The notes under the pieces: generated by a model
Databases searched by the model: none
What the model was told of the DNA's origin: nothing
What the model saw: the letters and a program-made list of their open reading frames with translations, nothing else
Part shown: one piece after another, positions 13,916 through 27,056 of the stretch
How positions within the stretch are numbered: position 1 is the stretch's first letter
How the letters are laid out: every line of letters starts with the position of its first letter
From: the human T2T-CHM13v2.0 reference genome, Homo sapiens
DNA length: 64,000 nucleotides
Assembly: GCF_009914755.1 (NCBI RefSeq)
Contig: NC_060930.1
Reading direction: 5' to 3' (one strand)
Translations under genes and position numbers: made by a program

Positions 13916-16434
13916 ATATTGATATTATTATATTCTCATTTCTTGCTGTTTTATCCTGTAAGTTCTTTATGTTTTACTTTATAAGCACCAAATATATTAG
14001 ACATTCAAGTTAAAAAAAAAAAGATCTAGGTCTGACTTTGGACTCTACCCCTTACAAGTGACTTTAATGTTCCTGATTCTCAGTTTCTTCACATTAAGAA
14101 AAGAAAGGGAATGTTATTATCATTGTTATTGGGATATTTGATGTAGTATCCAACTCTTTTGCCTAAATTCTTAGTTCACATTGTTCCAATAGACATAATT
14201 AGTTGGTTTAAGTTTATTTCCTTCATTAGTAGGGCTATACAAATAGGTATCATAGAAAAAGAATCGTTCTTCATTCTAACATGCATCCATAGACAGTCCT
14301 TCCATATAACCAATCTCTATCACTTGTTCACTTGTTCAGTGATAATTAGGTACCTCTGATCTCAACTTTTTTTGTTAAATTTTATTTTACAGAATTCAGT
14401 TGTGAGCTTGTGGCACTCATATTTTTTCATTATATTCTTATAATTTGATGTATCTGATATTAGAAATGTGTATACATCTTTAAACAAATGTCAGTGACTC
14501 AAGGATAAAAATGATTTTTATAAAATCAGAAGGCATATGGTTTCTACAGCCTCCCACATTCTTTTGACCTAACAAAATATTATGTTCTTCTTATTATTTA
14601 TTTTTGACATCTATTCAAATGTCATCCACTCCCCAATGATAAGGAAGTGAAATTCCGTTTATTAAGCAGTTGCCTTTGAGAAGTTGGTCATAAATAGGCA
14701 CAATTTGCTCTACATACTGACAGATGGCTGTTATTAAAGGTTGTTAGGGAGGGCCCCAGAGCTTTCCAGATTCTCAAAAGAATCACATTAGTGTGAACAA
14801 GTCATTTCCCAAGTCACAGTCTAACAGAAATCACTGGCTGCCCCATCTCCAAGCCCACAGGAGACATTTTTTTAGGAAACACAAGGACCTTTATGAAGGT
14901 GCCCACCGTCCCTTCTTGTGGCTTTTGGATTCTTCTGGATATTAATTATCTTTAGCTTAAATCGGGATAAGTGCTTAGCAGGTAGCAAATGTTTTAAATA
15001 TCTATAATTCTGATTCTTGTTTTCAACAGGTTATAGGAATTTAAGTAGATACAACATATATATGTCTCTATTGCATTTTACTTATTTGGGACTCATTGTT
15101 ACAGCTTAGAGAGTTTATTTGAATCATCTTGATCTACTCACAGTATCTGTCTCTCTGGCTATTGCATAATCTAAAATTTGATTTTTAAGCTTTTGTTCAA
15201 ATTATTTAAAAAACATTATAGTAGGGTTAAGTGCTGTGGTATGCTGTTAGAGGAGTGTCTTCAGTTACAATCTATACTCTGTGCATGCAGTTTATTCATC
15301 CATCCTGAAACTCATGTGGGAGAAAGAGCATCATATATTGGCCATTGGCTGGGAATATAAATTCCCTACCATTGAACAGTACCTCAACCTTATAAGAGGA
15401 GGTCTACCAGTTGGAACTATAAGTACTGAGTGATCAAACAACACTCACTTCTGCTTTTAGTTTTCACTTGATCCCAGTTTTGTTTATACTAAGGCTACTT
15501 GATGGAGTATTGTTGTGTATACCTAAATTTATATAGCACCTCTTTCAAATGAGTAGTTCTGGATATACACTTACTTGGTGTCCTACAATCAGGCAGGCAC
15601 AGTTTATGGCAGGGCTAAATAACATATGTAAATTTTTATTTTCTAGAGAGAATAATGTTTAGTTGACAAGAAAGATATGACTTTGTTCTACACCCAGGGT
15701 CCCTCCTTTGTGATTTTCTAATTAGAGTAGGCTACAGACTCCATATAATATTCTGATCAACTGCAAGCACATTGGATCTTACTAATCATGATATCTAAAG
15801 GACAGAACTTCTTATTTCCCAACTTAGATCAGCTGGAGATCTTTATATACTACTCTGGCCCCTTCTCAAAGTGTACAGCCTTATGATTACTTGAAATATG
15901 CTTCCAAGTGGTAAACCAAATGGTAATATGTTGTCTCCAGAATTCACAAAGGCCTATCAAGCATTGTGTCGTTTTCTTAGTGATAGTAAATACATACTAT
16001 AGCAACTTGTTTTTCACTTTAGAGGGAGTATTCCTACATGCATTAGACCCACAAACTTCTGCAGAATCCAGGGCTCTACCTAATAAGTGTCAGGGGCAGT
16101 GTTGATCCTTTCAGAAAATAACTACTTCTGGAACAACAGCACTGTGTAATTGGAAACACTACCTAATTAACTTTACAATAATTCACGGCTCTTCTCCAAG
16201 TTCCTCCTATCTTCTGCACAGTTAATATAGGAAAATTAATTGGGAAAGTGATAAGAATTTCTACCCATTTCCTTCATATTTCAAGACTAATGTGGCACTA
16301 AGCTTTGTGAATCCTCTAGGTAAACATATAGGTCAAAATACCTTTGGGAATGCTACATTTACAGGAATCATTCCCCAAACCACTGGGCAACCAAGGTAGC
16401 TGCTACTTCTATTGTGATTAAAAGAACCTACATA

Positions 16435-16745
<311 letters not shown>

Positions 16746-17468
16746 CTACATAATTAGGTAACTCTGAAACAGCTGTGGGATGAGCCAGCACTCTGACACC
16801 TCAGCTGCTATCTGTAGCAACAAAATGCATGCCCTGTACCTACTTCTTTTCCTTGGTGATGCATTTCTAAATCAAGGGCTCAAATGAGTACTTTTGATTG
16901 GCAGAACTCACATCCAAAATCCTAACTGCAGAGTAATCTGGGAAGAATTACTTCTAGTTCTCCAGCTTCTTAAATACAGGAAGATGTGAAAGAAAAAGAT
17001 TATCATGTGTGTTGAGTGTGTCCTCCCATGGTTTGGACCACAGTAGCCTCACATATAATATTGTTGTCAGTCTTGGTTTCCATGTCAGCCTTTCAAAAAA
17101 ATTCCACTGTATTTACAAAAGGGCAAGTGTCAATTAAAATGTAAGGAAGAATAGAGATTATTTTAATAATATTCATATAATTTTGAACCACATTAATGGT
17201 TATATTGTCTTTGTATGAACTTCAGTCATGTCGGGGAGAAACAGTTCATAGCTATACTATGGAAGAGCTCTTTATGATGAAATTCTCTTCTCATCAGTGT
17301 TCTCCAATAGGATTATATTAACTCTAGAAAAATATATTTTATTTATAGTATTTAACTTTTCAAGGTTCAGTGAACTAAATTCCTGTTATATAGCTGTGAA
17401 TGCTTTTGTGTTGTCATCCTAAATTATAACATTTCACTTATTGAGCACTTACTAGGTGCCTATCACTA

Positions 17469-17600
17469 CAGTAAGCATTTTCACAATCTAACTTAACAGA
17501 TATTTCTCTTCAACTCTATAATTCAGGGGTCCCTCAGTAAGCATTTTCACAATCTAACTTAATAGATATTTCTCTTCAACTCTGTAATTCAGGGGTCCCT
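17469..17600. repeat. 66-bp tandem duplication (2 copies, 2 mismatches)
   Basis: Copies at 17469-17534 and 17535-17600; differences aacag/aatag and tata/tgta. Confidence 0.95.
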
Positions 17601-17914
17601 AGCCACCAGGCCATGGACTAGTACTGGTCCATGGCCTGTTAGAAACCAGGCCACACAGCAGGAAGTGAGCAGCAGGGGAGCTAGCATTACCTCCTGAGCT
17701 TCCCCTCCTGTCAGATCAGTTGTGGCATTAGATTCTCATAGGAGTGCAAACCCTATTGTGAACTGTGCATGCAAGGGATCTAGGTTGCACACTTCTTGTG
17801 ATAATCTTATGAGTGATGATCTGACGTGGAACAGTTTCATCTCAAAATGATCCACCCTGCCCCCCTTCCATGGAAAAATTTTCTTCCACAAAACTGGTCC
17901 CTGGTGCCAAAAAG
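17590..17914 (+). mobile_element. MER1B (hAT-Charlie), 3' TIR missing
   Basis: Starts CAGGGGTCCC; contains 'cagatcag...gcattagattctcataggag'; stops at 'ggtccctggtgccaaaaag'. Confidence 0.9.
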
Positions 17915-18285
17915 AATGATAGATGACCTATCTATCATCTATCTGGCTAATCTATCTAAAAGGTAAGAGCTTAAGTATCTTGATTTATCATCTCCTTTAT
18001 TCATTCTGTATATAGCCTATTATCTAAACTATTATCTTTTGCTATTTCAACTAAAACTTCCATTTTAGCACCCTGTTTCATGTTTCAAAATATTAACTGC
18101 TATAGAAAATCTTAGAGCCTAGAATATTATAATTTGTGTATTTTATGGTTGTTCTTGAGACTGACCCAGAATTACATTGATACTTTTTATATTCCTCACA
18201 GCATTTAGCTCAGTAGTAAGGTCTTAGAAAATACATTTTGATTTGACGTGATGGAATATAGAAACCTACTCATTTTTATCTTTAG

Positions 18286-18417
18286 TTTCAGGTGCAGCAT
18301 TATGTCTCTCAGAGTCTGGTTACCTTGGGAAATTGCAGCTTGTTGAGAAAATCTATTATATCTCTGCTTCTATCAGAAGTAAATGGCTTTGCTGATGATC
18401 TGGGAGCCATCAATCAG
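18286..18417 (+). CDS. MEI4: Internal coding exon (132 bp, 44 codons, phase 0/0) of meiotic DSB-formation protein MEI4
   Basis: Pyrimidine tract + TAG acceptor (18283-18285); open frame FQVQHYVSQSLVTLGNCSLLRKSIISLLLSEVNGFADDLGAINQ; CAG|GTACAC donor at 18418. The peptide matches my recollection of the human MEI4 C-terminal half (...NHINQ-FQVQHY...GAINQ-EQASY...). Not database-verified. Confidence 0.9.
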
Positions 18418-18769
18418 GTACACATAACTTGAAACTGTAGTTCTCATATATAGTTATTGTAACTATATGTTTTTCTTTCTTTTCCCTTCTTTCTTCTCTT
18501 CTTTCCAGGCTGATGTTTTAGTTATTACCTTATGTCTAATATATGTGAGTAATATTACTGCCTACCAAAATTACAGAAAGATACTTTCAGAAAACAGTTT
18601 TGAAAGTAAAACCACTTTATAATGCTTACTTGCATATATGTGCCAAAGATGCCATTGGTGACAGCAAAAGAGTGCTTAGATGAACAGCTTTAAATCCCTC
18701 CAGGCAGGCAGCATGTTTCTAAAGCAAAATGAGAGAAAAGTGAACTGGAGAGGATTCTAAATGGAGAGT

Positions 18770-18960
18770 AGTCCTTAACCAGTATTTTTCATTCTGTATT
18801 GCTCATGAAAATCATCTGGCTAGCTTTTAAATATCCTGTTGCCAAGTCATATGCCAATCCTATTATTACATAGAGGTCTCTGAATTTGGAATTCTGGTAC
18901 TGGTATTATTAGAGCACTTCAGGTGATTTCAGTATGCAACCAAGCTTGAAGACCACTGCT
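18770..18960. mobile_element. MER5-family hAT MITE
   Basis: 'caggtgatttcagtatgcaaccaagcttgaagaccactg' resembles the MER5 terminus. Confidence 0.6.
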
Positions 18961-19954
18961 CTAAGCCCTTTTATCTGTGGAAAGTCTTCTATATCACTGG
19001 TGACAAAGGTGTAGAAGGAACATAAGTCATTCCCATATTTTAATGTTGACACTGGTTTATTACATGTATTCCATTTGACAGCTCATTAAATATTCTTATC
19101 ATTTCTGTAGTCAAAGTCACAATTAAAGGAAATTAGAGATAGGTAGAAATGTCTTGGTAAAGAGAAAGAACTTTAATAAAATATTGTATATGTATGTAAT
19201 TTAAATGGCTTTTAACAAAGTACTGACATCTAATGACATAGTCTAAAAATATTATGCAATCTAATTGAATTTGATGTTTGACATGTTGTATCTAGTCAGC
19301 AAATTTTCAAATGACTACAAAATGACAAACTCTCTTAAGAGCTGTTAGATTTTTTTTAAAAACTCATTTTCACTGTTATCAAGGAGTAAAAAGTAAGCTA
19401 TATTTACTAATTGAAAAGGAGCAAAGTGTTAAAATGTATGATGTTTTCATAGGAGTTCCAAGATCAAGGAATAGGCCATGGTAGATTGCAAGTCCCTGAA
19501 AATAATTTACAGAAAAGGAAGTACTTGAAAAATGCATTTGAATTGAATGAGCAGAGGGTAACTGAATGTAGAGGCATTAGGCTGTTATTTAACAAGAGAT
19601 GCTGAAGAGTCTGGGGAAACAAGGTGAAGTCTTAGAGTTTAACAATAGGAAGCAATGTGGAAAGTGAGTTTAATTGAATTCGATTGTTTGGAGGATGTCA
19701 GTAAGTGCAGAAAAAATGATGTATATGTTCTCATTTAATATTCGCAATAGCTCCATGAAGCGGTTATAATTTTCACAAACTTTATGGATAAGAATACAAA
19801 ACATTAGAGTGGTGAAGTAGCTTGACCAAGACTGCAGAAAGAGCATATCCTAAAGCCATAATTCAAACCCAGATGTTCTGACAGTTAAGATACTTTAAAA
19901 TAATAATAAGAAAAATAGCAATAACACAATAACAATAACTAGTGTCAAGCAGGT

Positions 19955-21422
19955 TTATGTTGTTGAATTCTGTTTGCTTGTATTTTGCTAAGGAGTTTTG
20001 CATTGGCCAAAGGGCAGTATTTAATAATTGGTGCCAGGAAAACTGGATATCCATATGCAAAAGAACAAAACTATATTTCATTTTTTATCGTATACAAAAA
20101 TCAAATTAAAATGGATTAAAGTCTTAAATGTAAGATCTGAAACTATGCAACTACTAGAAGAAAACACTGGGAAGTGCTGTAGGACATTGGCCTGGACAAA
20201 GATTTTTTTGGGTAAGACCTTAAAAACACAAACAATAAAAGCAAAAATAGACAAATGAGAATATATCAAGGCAAAATGCTTCTGCACAGCAAAGGAAACA
20301 ATTAGCCAAGTGAAGAGACAACCCACAAAATGGAAGAAAATATTTGCAAACTAGCTATCTGACAAAGGATTAATTACCAGAATATATAAAGAACTCAAAC
20401 AACTCAATACCAAGAAAACAAACAATCTGAATTAAAAATGGCCAAAATACCTGATAGACATTTCTCAAAAAAAGACATACAAATGGCTAGCAGGCATATG
20501 AAAAAAAAAAAAAAGCTCAACAATACTAATCATCAGGGAAGTGCAAATCAAAACCACAATGAGATATCATCTCACTCCAACTAGAATTAAAAAGACAAAT
20601 AGTAACAAATGTTAGTGAGGATTTGGAGAAAGGCAAATGCTCATAGACTGTTGGTAGGAATGTAAAGTAGTATAACCATTATGGAAAACAGTGTGGACAT
20701 TCCTCAAAAATCTAAAAATAGAACTACCATATGATCCAAGAATCCCACTGCTGGCTATGTATCCAAAAGAAAGGAGAGATACCGGCACTCACATGCTCAC
20801 AGTAGCCGAGATATGAAATCAACCTAAGTGTCCATCACTAAATGAATGAATAAAGATAATTTTATATATATATATATATACCAAATAATAATATTCCTCT
20901 CTCTATATATATAATGGAATATTATTAAACCATAAAAAGAATGAAATCTCATCATTTGCAGAGCATGGATGGAACTGTAGGTGATTATGTTAAGTGAAAT
21001 AGGCCAAGCATAGAAAAACAAATACTGTATGTTCTCACTCATTTGTGGTGGGAGCTAAAGACATGGATCATATTGAGGCAGAGAGTAAATCACGGTTACC
21101 AGAGGCAGGGAAGGGAAGAGAAGTTGGTTAATGAGTACGAAAATACGGTTAGATAGAAGGAATAAGTTCTAGTATTCAATAGTACAGTTAGTGAATTTTA
21201 GATATAGTTAATTATAACTAAATTGTAGAAATTATAACATTTTTTATATTTCAAAATAGCTAGAAGTGAAGAATTGTAATGTTTCCAACATAAAGAAAAG
21301 ATAAATGTTTGCAATGATAGATATCCCAATAACCCTGATTTGATAATTACGCATTGTATACATGTATGAAAATATCCCATTTATCCCCAGTATATGTACA
21401 ACTCTGACGTATCAATTAAAAA
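19955..21422 (+). mobile_element. L1MA (about MA4-MA7) 3' portion with short 5' inverted segment (19955-20003)
   Basis: Decayed ORF2 C-terminus from ~20004; L1MA-type 3' UTR ('gatagaaggaataagttctagt', 'ttcaaaatagctagaag') ending '...tatcaattaaaaa'. Confidence 0.85.
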
Positions 21423-21819
21423 TGCATCAAAATATCCATTTAAATTCTGTGCATTCTACTATGTGTAGACTGTTCCTCAACTAAAATATAGTTTTTGAAA
21501 TCCTAACAGATTTTCCAACCTAAAGTAAATATAATTTTTCTCAGTGCTTTTATACTCAGTGTTTTAGCTCACTTTAAAGACTTTATTTCTCTGTCGATAT
21601 AAAGAATGCTAAGATCTCACCAAGAACTGTCTGAAGAATAGTTTTATTTTTAATGATATAAACTTTTCTAAGTAGTCACTAATTCAGAAAATGATTGTGT
21701 ATGTATATATATGTATGTCATATTGTACTCTATATAAGTCTGATTTAATTTCTAAGGTATTTGATGGCAGAGGATAGATCTGTTTAATAAAGATTAATGG
21801 AGGATTCAATAATAATTAT

Positions 21820-22100
21820 TATCATAAATATTTACTGAGAAGCCTTATGTGTCAAACATTATTCCAAACATTTCATAGTCCATCAAATATTTTGCATATA
21901 TTTTTGTTTGAAATAAATAGCGATTAATTTTAATTTTATGTTATGTCATTTAATTCTCCTAACTACACTAGTAATTCATATTATTCCCATTTTACAAAAG
22001 AGGGCGATTAGGATTAGAGAGTTTAAATAGCCTGCCCATAGTCATAGGAAGTACAGCACCAGTCTGTCGAACCCACAAAGTCTGACTCTATAATCTAGAA
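21820..22100 (-). mobile_element. MIR fragment
   Basis: 'attattcccattttacaaaagagggcgattaggattagagagtttaaatagcctgcccatagtcata' resembles the antisense MIR core. Confidence 0.6.
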
Positions 22101-22964
22101 GATAAAGTATGGAATAATTTCTGTTATTGACTAACCATGTCAGTTATTTGTATTTCACTAACACCATTTTATATTAATTTGTCTCATGCAACTGGTATGT
22201 GTGTTGTCTCACCTACTTTTTAGCAGGGTAAGTAAAGTAGATATTTGTGTCAAGTTTAACATATTTTTTATGTATATTCTGTGACCATTGAATCAGATTT
22301 TTGAAAGGTGGTTTTGTGAACTCTTATCCTAGTATCCTTTCTCTAGCTGTGTTCATTTGAATGGGTCTTGTTGAAATTACTTATGCAATGTTGAAGATAA
22401 AAGTTTCCTAAATATCTTGTCATACATGTATTTTGGATTTCCCCCTTTATTGTCTTTTCTTTATCAATAGGTTAACATTAAGAAAATGTATCTGCCTTTT
22501 TTTTTTAGTAGCAGCTTTTTCTTACCATGATTATTGTATATTCACCATCTTATGACATAATCACCGTGGTTTTCTATTTACTTTAATAATAACTTTGAAA
22601 AAGTGGCTTCTTTATGTTATCATAGACTGGTGACCTATTTGATTTTCTAAGGGCCTACATTGTTTAGTTATTCAAAAATCTGTGGGCAGAATATCTCTAT
22701 AAAAAGCAATATCCATGGTTTTAGTAAGTTTTTAAAATTTTTATATGAATTTTATTAATAGCTTATATGTTTCTTTAGATATCTAGATAGTATGTGATTT
22801 TCACAGGATCAGCTTTCTGATCAGCTATTACTAGAAGTCTTTGCTACTGAAAGCTCTCATCAATATATGTTATCTCTTAATATTTTACAAAGTAATGTGT
22901 TTTGTTTATTCTAGAAAAGTGACATTGAAAAAGAGGTACACATGTTCATTTTACATATGTGGAT

Positions 22965-23399
22965 TTTTTTGTATTTATTTTATTTGATTTTACTTTAAAT
23001 TCTGGGACACATGTGCTGAACATGAAGGTTTGTTACATAGGTATACATGCGCCATGGTGGTTTGCTGCACCCATCAACCCGTCATCTAGGTTTTAAGCCC
23101 CGCATGCATTAGGTATTTGTCTAATGCTCTCCCCTACCTTTCCCCGCACCCGCCAACAGGCCCAGGTGTATGATGTTCCCCTCCCTGGGTCCATGTGTTC
23201 TCATTGTTCAACTCCCACTTATGAGTGGGAACATGTGATGTTTGGTTTTCTGTTCCTGTGTTGGTTTGCTGAGGATGATGGTTTCCAGATTCATCCATGT
23301 CCCTGCAAAGGTCATGAATTCATTTTTTATGGCTGCATAGTATTCCATGGTGTATATGTGCCACATTTTCTTTAGTCTATCATTGATGGGCACTTGGGT
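22965..23399 (-). mobile_element. L1PA (about PA8-PA11) 3' end, 5'-truncated
   Basis: T-rich tail; 'gtcatctaggttttaagccccgcatgcattagg' 3' UTR; short TSD GTGGAT(N)TTTT. Confidence 0.88.
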
Positions 23400-23872
23400 G
23401 GATGTTTTAAAGAATACCAACTTAGCTCCAACCTGGACCCCATTAAAACAAAACAAAACCAAAAAAATAAGTACCAGCAGCTGCTTCATCTTCCTTCTTC
23501 TAACTTGCTTTCAAGTTCCTGGGGCCTCAATATGCAAAGAGAGTTGTTTATGGAACATTTATTTCTTTCTATGGAACCTTTAGAAAGAAAATGTTTTTAT
23601 GAAGATATTTTAGTTGTTGACATGGTAAATAAGTTTAAGGTATTTCTGTTAAAAATTTTCAAAATTTATAATAAATCAAAAATTAGTATAATTTTCTCTG
23701 TTTTTGACTGGTTTCTAGTTCATTTCATATTATATATTTATAAATTATATATAATATAAAATTATATTATATATTTATAGATTATATGTCGTATAAAATA
23801 ATTTTATAATATAAATTTATAAGATTTTATAATATAATTTTGAGGCAGAGCTCCTTTTGTGGGGGCACTAGC

Positions 23873-24437
23873 TGCGGGGGGTCTGTTCCTGCAGACCCCT
23901 GATTCGGCAACGGATGAATAAAGTACACTGACACACTCATATATTCTGCTTTGCCAGTCCAGCTGAGGGTCCAAGCCGCTTGCAGTCTCCAAGCTGAGTT
24001 CTGTAAACAGTTGCCACTGGGCCCCAATCAGATAGTGAGGCTCACATTTATTCAGTAAGACTGATTAACAAAATTGTGAGTAAACAGCACTAGAGGGTAA
24101 AGATTAAAGGCTGGGTTCCAAGGCCTAAAGCAAACAGCATTTGCCAGTAATAAACTTCTGCTGACCCCTTTCCCCCGCTCTCCCAAATAGGAAGCAGTAA
24201 AGTACCCGGTAGGACAAAGGTTAGTCTTAAGCCCATATAAGTAAACAGGTTAGTAAGATACACTTCCCACATTCCTTTGTACTTGCACCCTAATCTTTCT
24301 GGATCCTACAGAAACCCTGGCTGCCTTCAGCCAAGCAATCTGAAGCTATGCAAACTTTCAGGCGTTCCAAGAGAGTTTTTGACTATTACTATAATTATCT
24401 TTTATATTTTTCCCACCAGCCTGATCGAACCCTGATA
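23873..24437 (-). mobile_element. LTR22-family LTR (HERV-K HML-5 / ERVK)
   Basis: Minus strand starts TATCAGGGTTCGATCAGGCTGGTGGGAAAAATAT (LTR22-like start) and ends ...GGAACAGACCCCCCGCA; ~565 bp. Confidence 0.8.
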
Positions 24438-24554
24438 TAATTATAATTCTATATTATAATTTTATAATATACTTTTTATATTATATATAAAATGAACTAG
24501 GAATCAATCAGAAACAAGAGAAAAATGGGCTTAAGGATATGAAAAGGTAGTTTA

Positions 24555-24857
<303 letters not shown>

Positions 24858-26888
24858 TCAATCTCATGGTACCAAGTAAATGCAAATGACAAAAACAATA
24901 AAATGTTTCATACTGATTATATTGACACAATATCTTTTTAAAAATTACCTTGAAAACACTATCAGATACTATGATTATGTGGGGTAATAGAATTTATCTA
25001 TTACCTGGGAAAATTAAAGATGCATATCCTGTAAAATATAGCAAATTCACTGTACTAAGGAGATCTGTATAAGGATGTTCATTTCAGCATGTTTATAATA
25101 GCTTAAATTTGGATATAACATAAATTTCTATTTTAAAATATGGCTTGATGTGGTGTATCTAAAATGAGTATTTGATAATAGTTAAAATGAATAAATTATT
25201 TCTGTATTAACATTCATAGATTTTGAAAAAAATAATGTTGATCTAAAAGGAAGGATGAAGTATCTGAGAAGGAGAGCTACCCAAATATACCATTTTTTTA
25301 CAAATTGTAAATGAAAAATAATTTTTACAAAATATAAATACAAAACAAATTATAAATACAAAACATGACACTTTCACTGCGTGTATACTTTTAAAAATTT
25401 ATTTAAAAAATACAGAATCTGTAATGTTTTTAATTTATGTATTGCATGTCCTCAAGATGCATGTTTTTTGCATTGTAAATATTTTTATATAGAAAAGAAA
25501 ACATCTCTTTAGGTGTCAGACATGTATTGATTTAAAATGAATCGTTAATTTTTAAGTGATTTTTCACAGAAATGTTTTTCTCCGAGATGCAGTTCATACC
25601 TCTATCTAATCAGCATGTTTCTGCGTACAGTAGCCAAGCTATTAAAAATGAATAATGCTTTTGGAATATTGATAAGCACAGGTGAAATCTGAATTTAGAG
25701 TATTACATGCATACTTATATTAAATACTTCAGAGACCTAATGTTTACAAAGTAGATTAAAATTCTACATTAAAATAGATTTTAAAATTTGGAAGAAAGCA
25801 TATTAGCAGGAGAAATCTCAAAAGTTCTGCAGCCTACATCAGGAAGCATTTTTACTTTTCTCTGTTTTCCTTGTAAAGTAAAATAAAAGCTAAGCAATTC
25901 ATTAATAAAAATAGAACATGCAAATTAAATATTCTGAATCTGGAATGAGTTTATACATTTACTTCTCTAAAACAAACTAATTTTCTATATCAAGGCAAAA
26001 TATAGCAACAAAATAAGCATTTTTAATAAGATAAAGAAAAGTAATCATAGCTCTGAGCATGAAACAGTTCACCTATTTCAGTTGAGAGAGGAACCATATT
26101 CTTTTCTGAAATTATACATGTCTTGATCATATCTAAGATCTACGAAGCCTGGCTCAGTCAGCAATCAATCCATCAGAGAGAATAGAATTATAATTTGCAT
26201 CAAACTGTGCTCAAGTAGACAAAATAGAGATTAGGGACCCTGGGCATGAACTTTTTTTATTTAATCTTGTTTTGTTTAACAAGAACTTAAGAGAAATTCT
26301 GGATAATGAGCCCTGTTTTATCAGATTTGGCCAGTTTTCTTCATTACTGGTGTTTGTAATTCAAATAACTATTAGGTGTAAATGAAACAAGGCTGAACAT
26401 TCCCCCAAAATACCCTATTGGCCTAAAAATTTCCACATCACTGAATGCCTTTTTGAAACTGCTACTTATTAAGAAAAAATTTCCATTCCTGAGCTCAGCT
26501 GGCAACGAAGATAAAAGGGCATTTGCCACTTATAGGCTAGAACATTTTAAGAGACTCTCCAAGGATAAACTAAATCAAATGATAAAGTGCATGAACTTTA
26601 GAATCAGATGTCTAGTTAAATTGTAGTGTGACCTTTGAAGTAGTCTTGTCAACGAATCAAACCTAAAGGTTCTAGAATGAATTGCTAACTTGCAGGTAAA
26701 ACAAATAGAACACGTTAAATTAACCAGGAGGATGCAGTCAGTAAAACCTAGTTTGTGCAGGAAAAACAACTCATTTTCCTCAACAAATAGACTGCATTAT
26801 AATGAAAAGAAGGAGACAGACCCAGACAAACAATGTGCCTGTATTTTAAATGAGACCAAAGAGACTTTATTAACTTATAGCCATGTAT

Positions 26889-27056
26889 CAGGAGTGGATT
26901 AACTGTGGTCTATGAGCCAAATCTGGCTTGCCACCTGCTTTTGTAAATAAAGTTTTACTGGAACACAAATACTTGAAACAGTGAAACATATAACAATCTC
27001 CAAAGCATTCAATATTTACTATCTTGATCTTTACATAAAATGTTTGCCAATTCCTG
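26889..27056 (+). mobile_element. MER58A-like hAT MITE (internally deleted)
   Basis: 'gccaaatctggcttgccacctgcttttgtaaataaagttttactggaacac...aatgtttgccaattcctg'. Confidence 0.75.
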
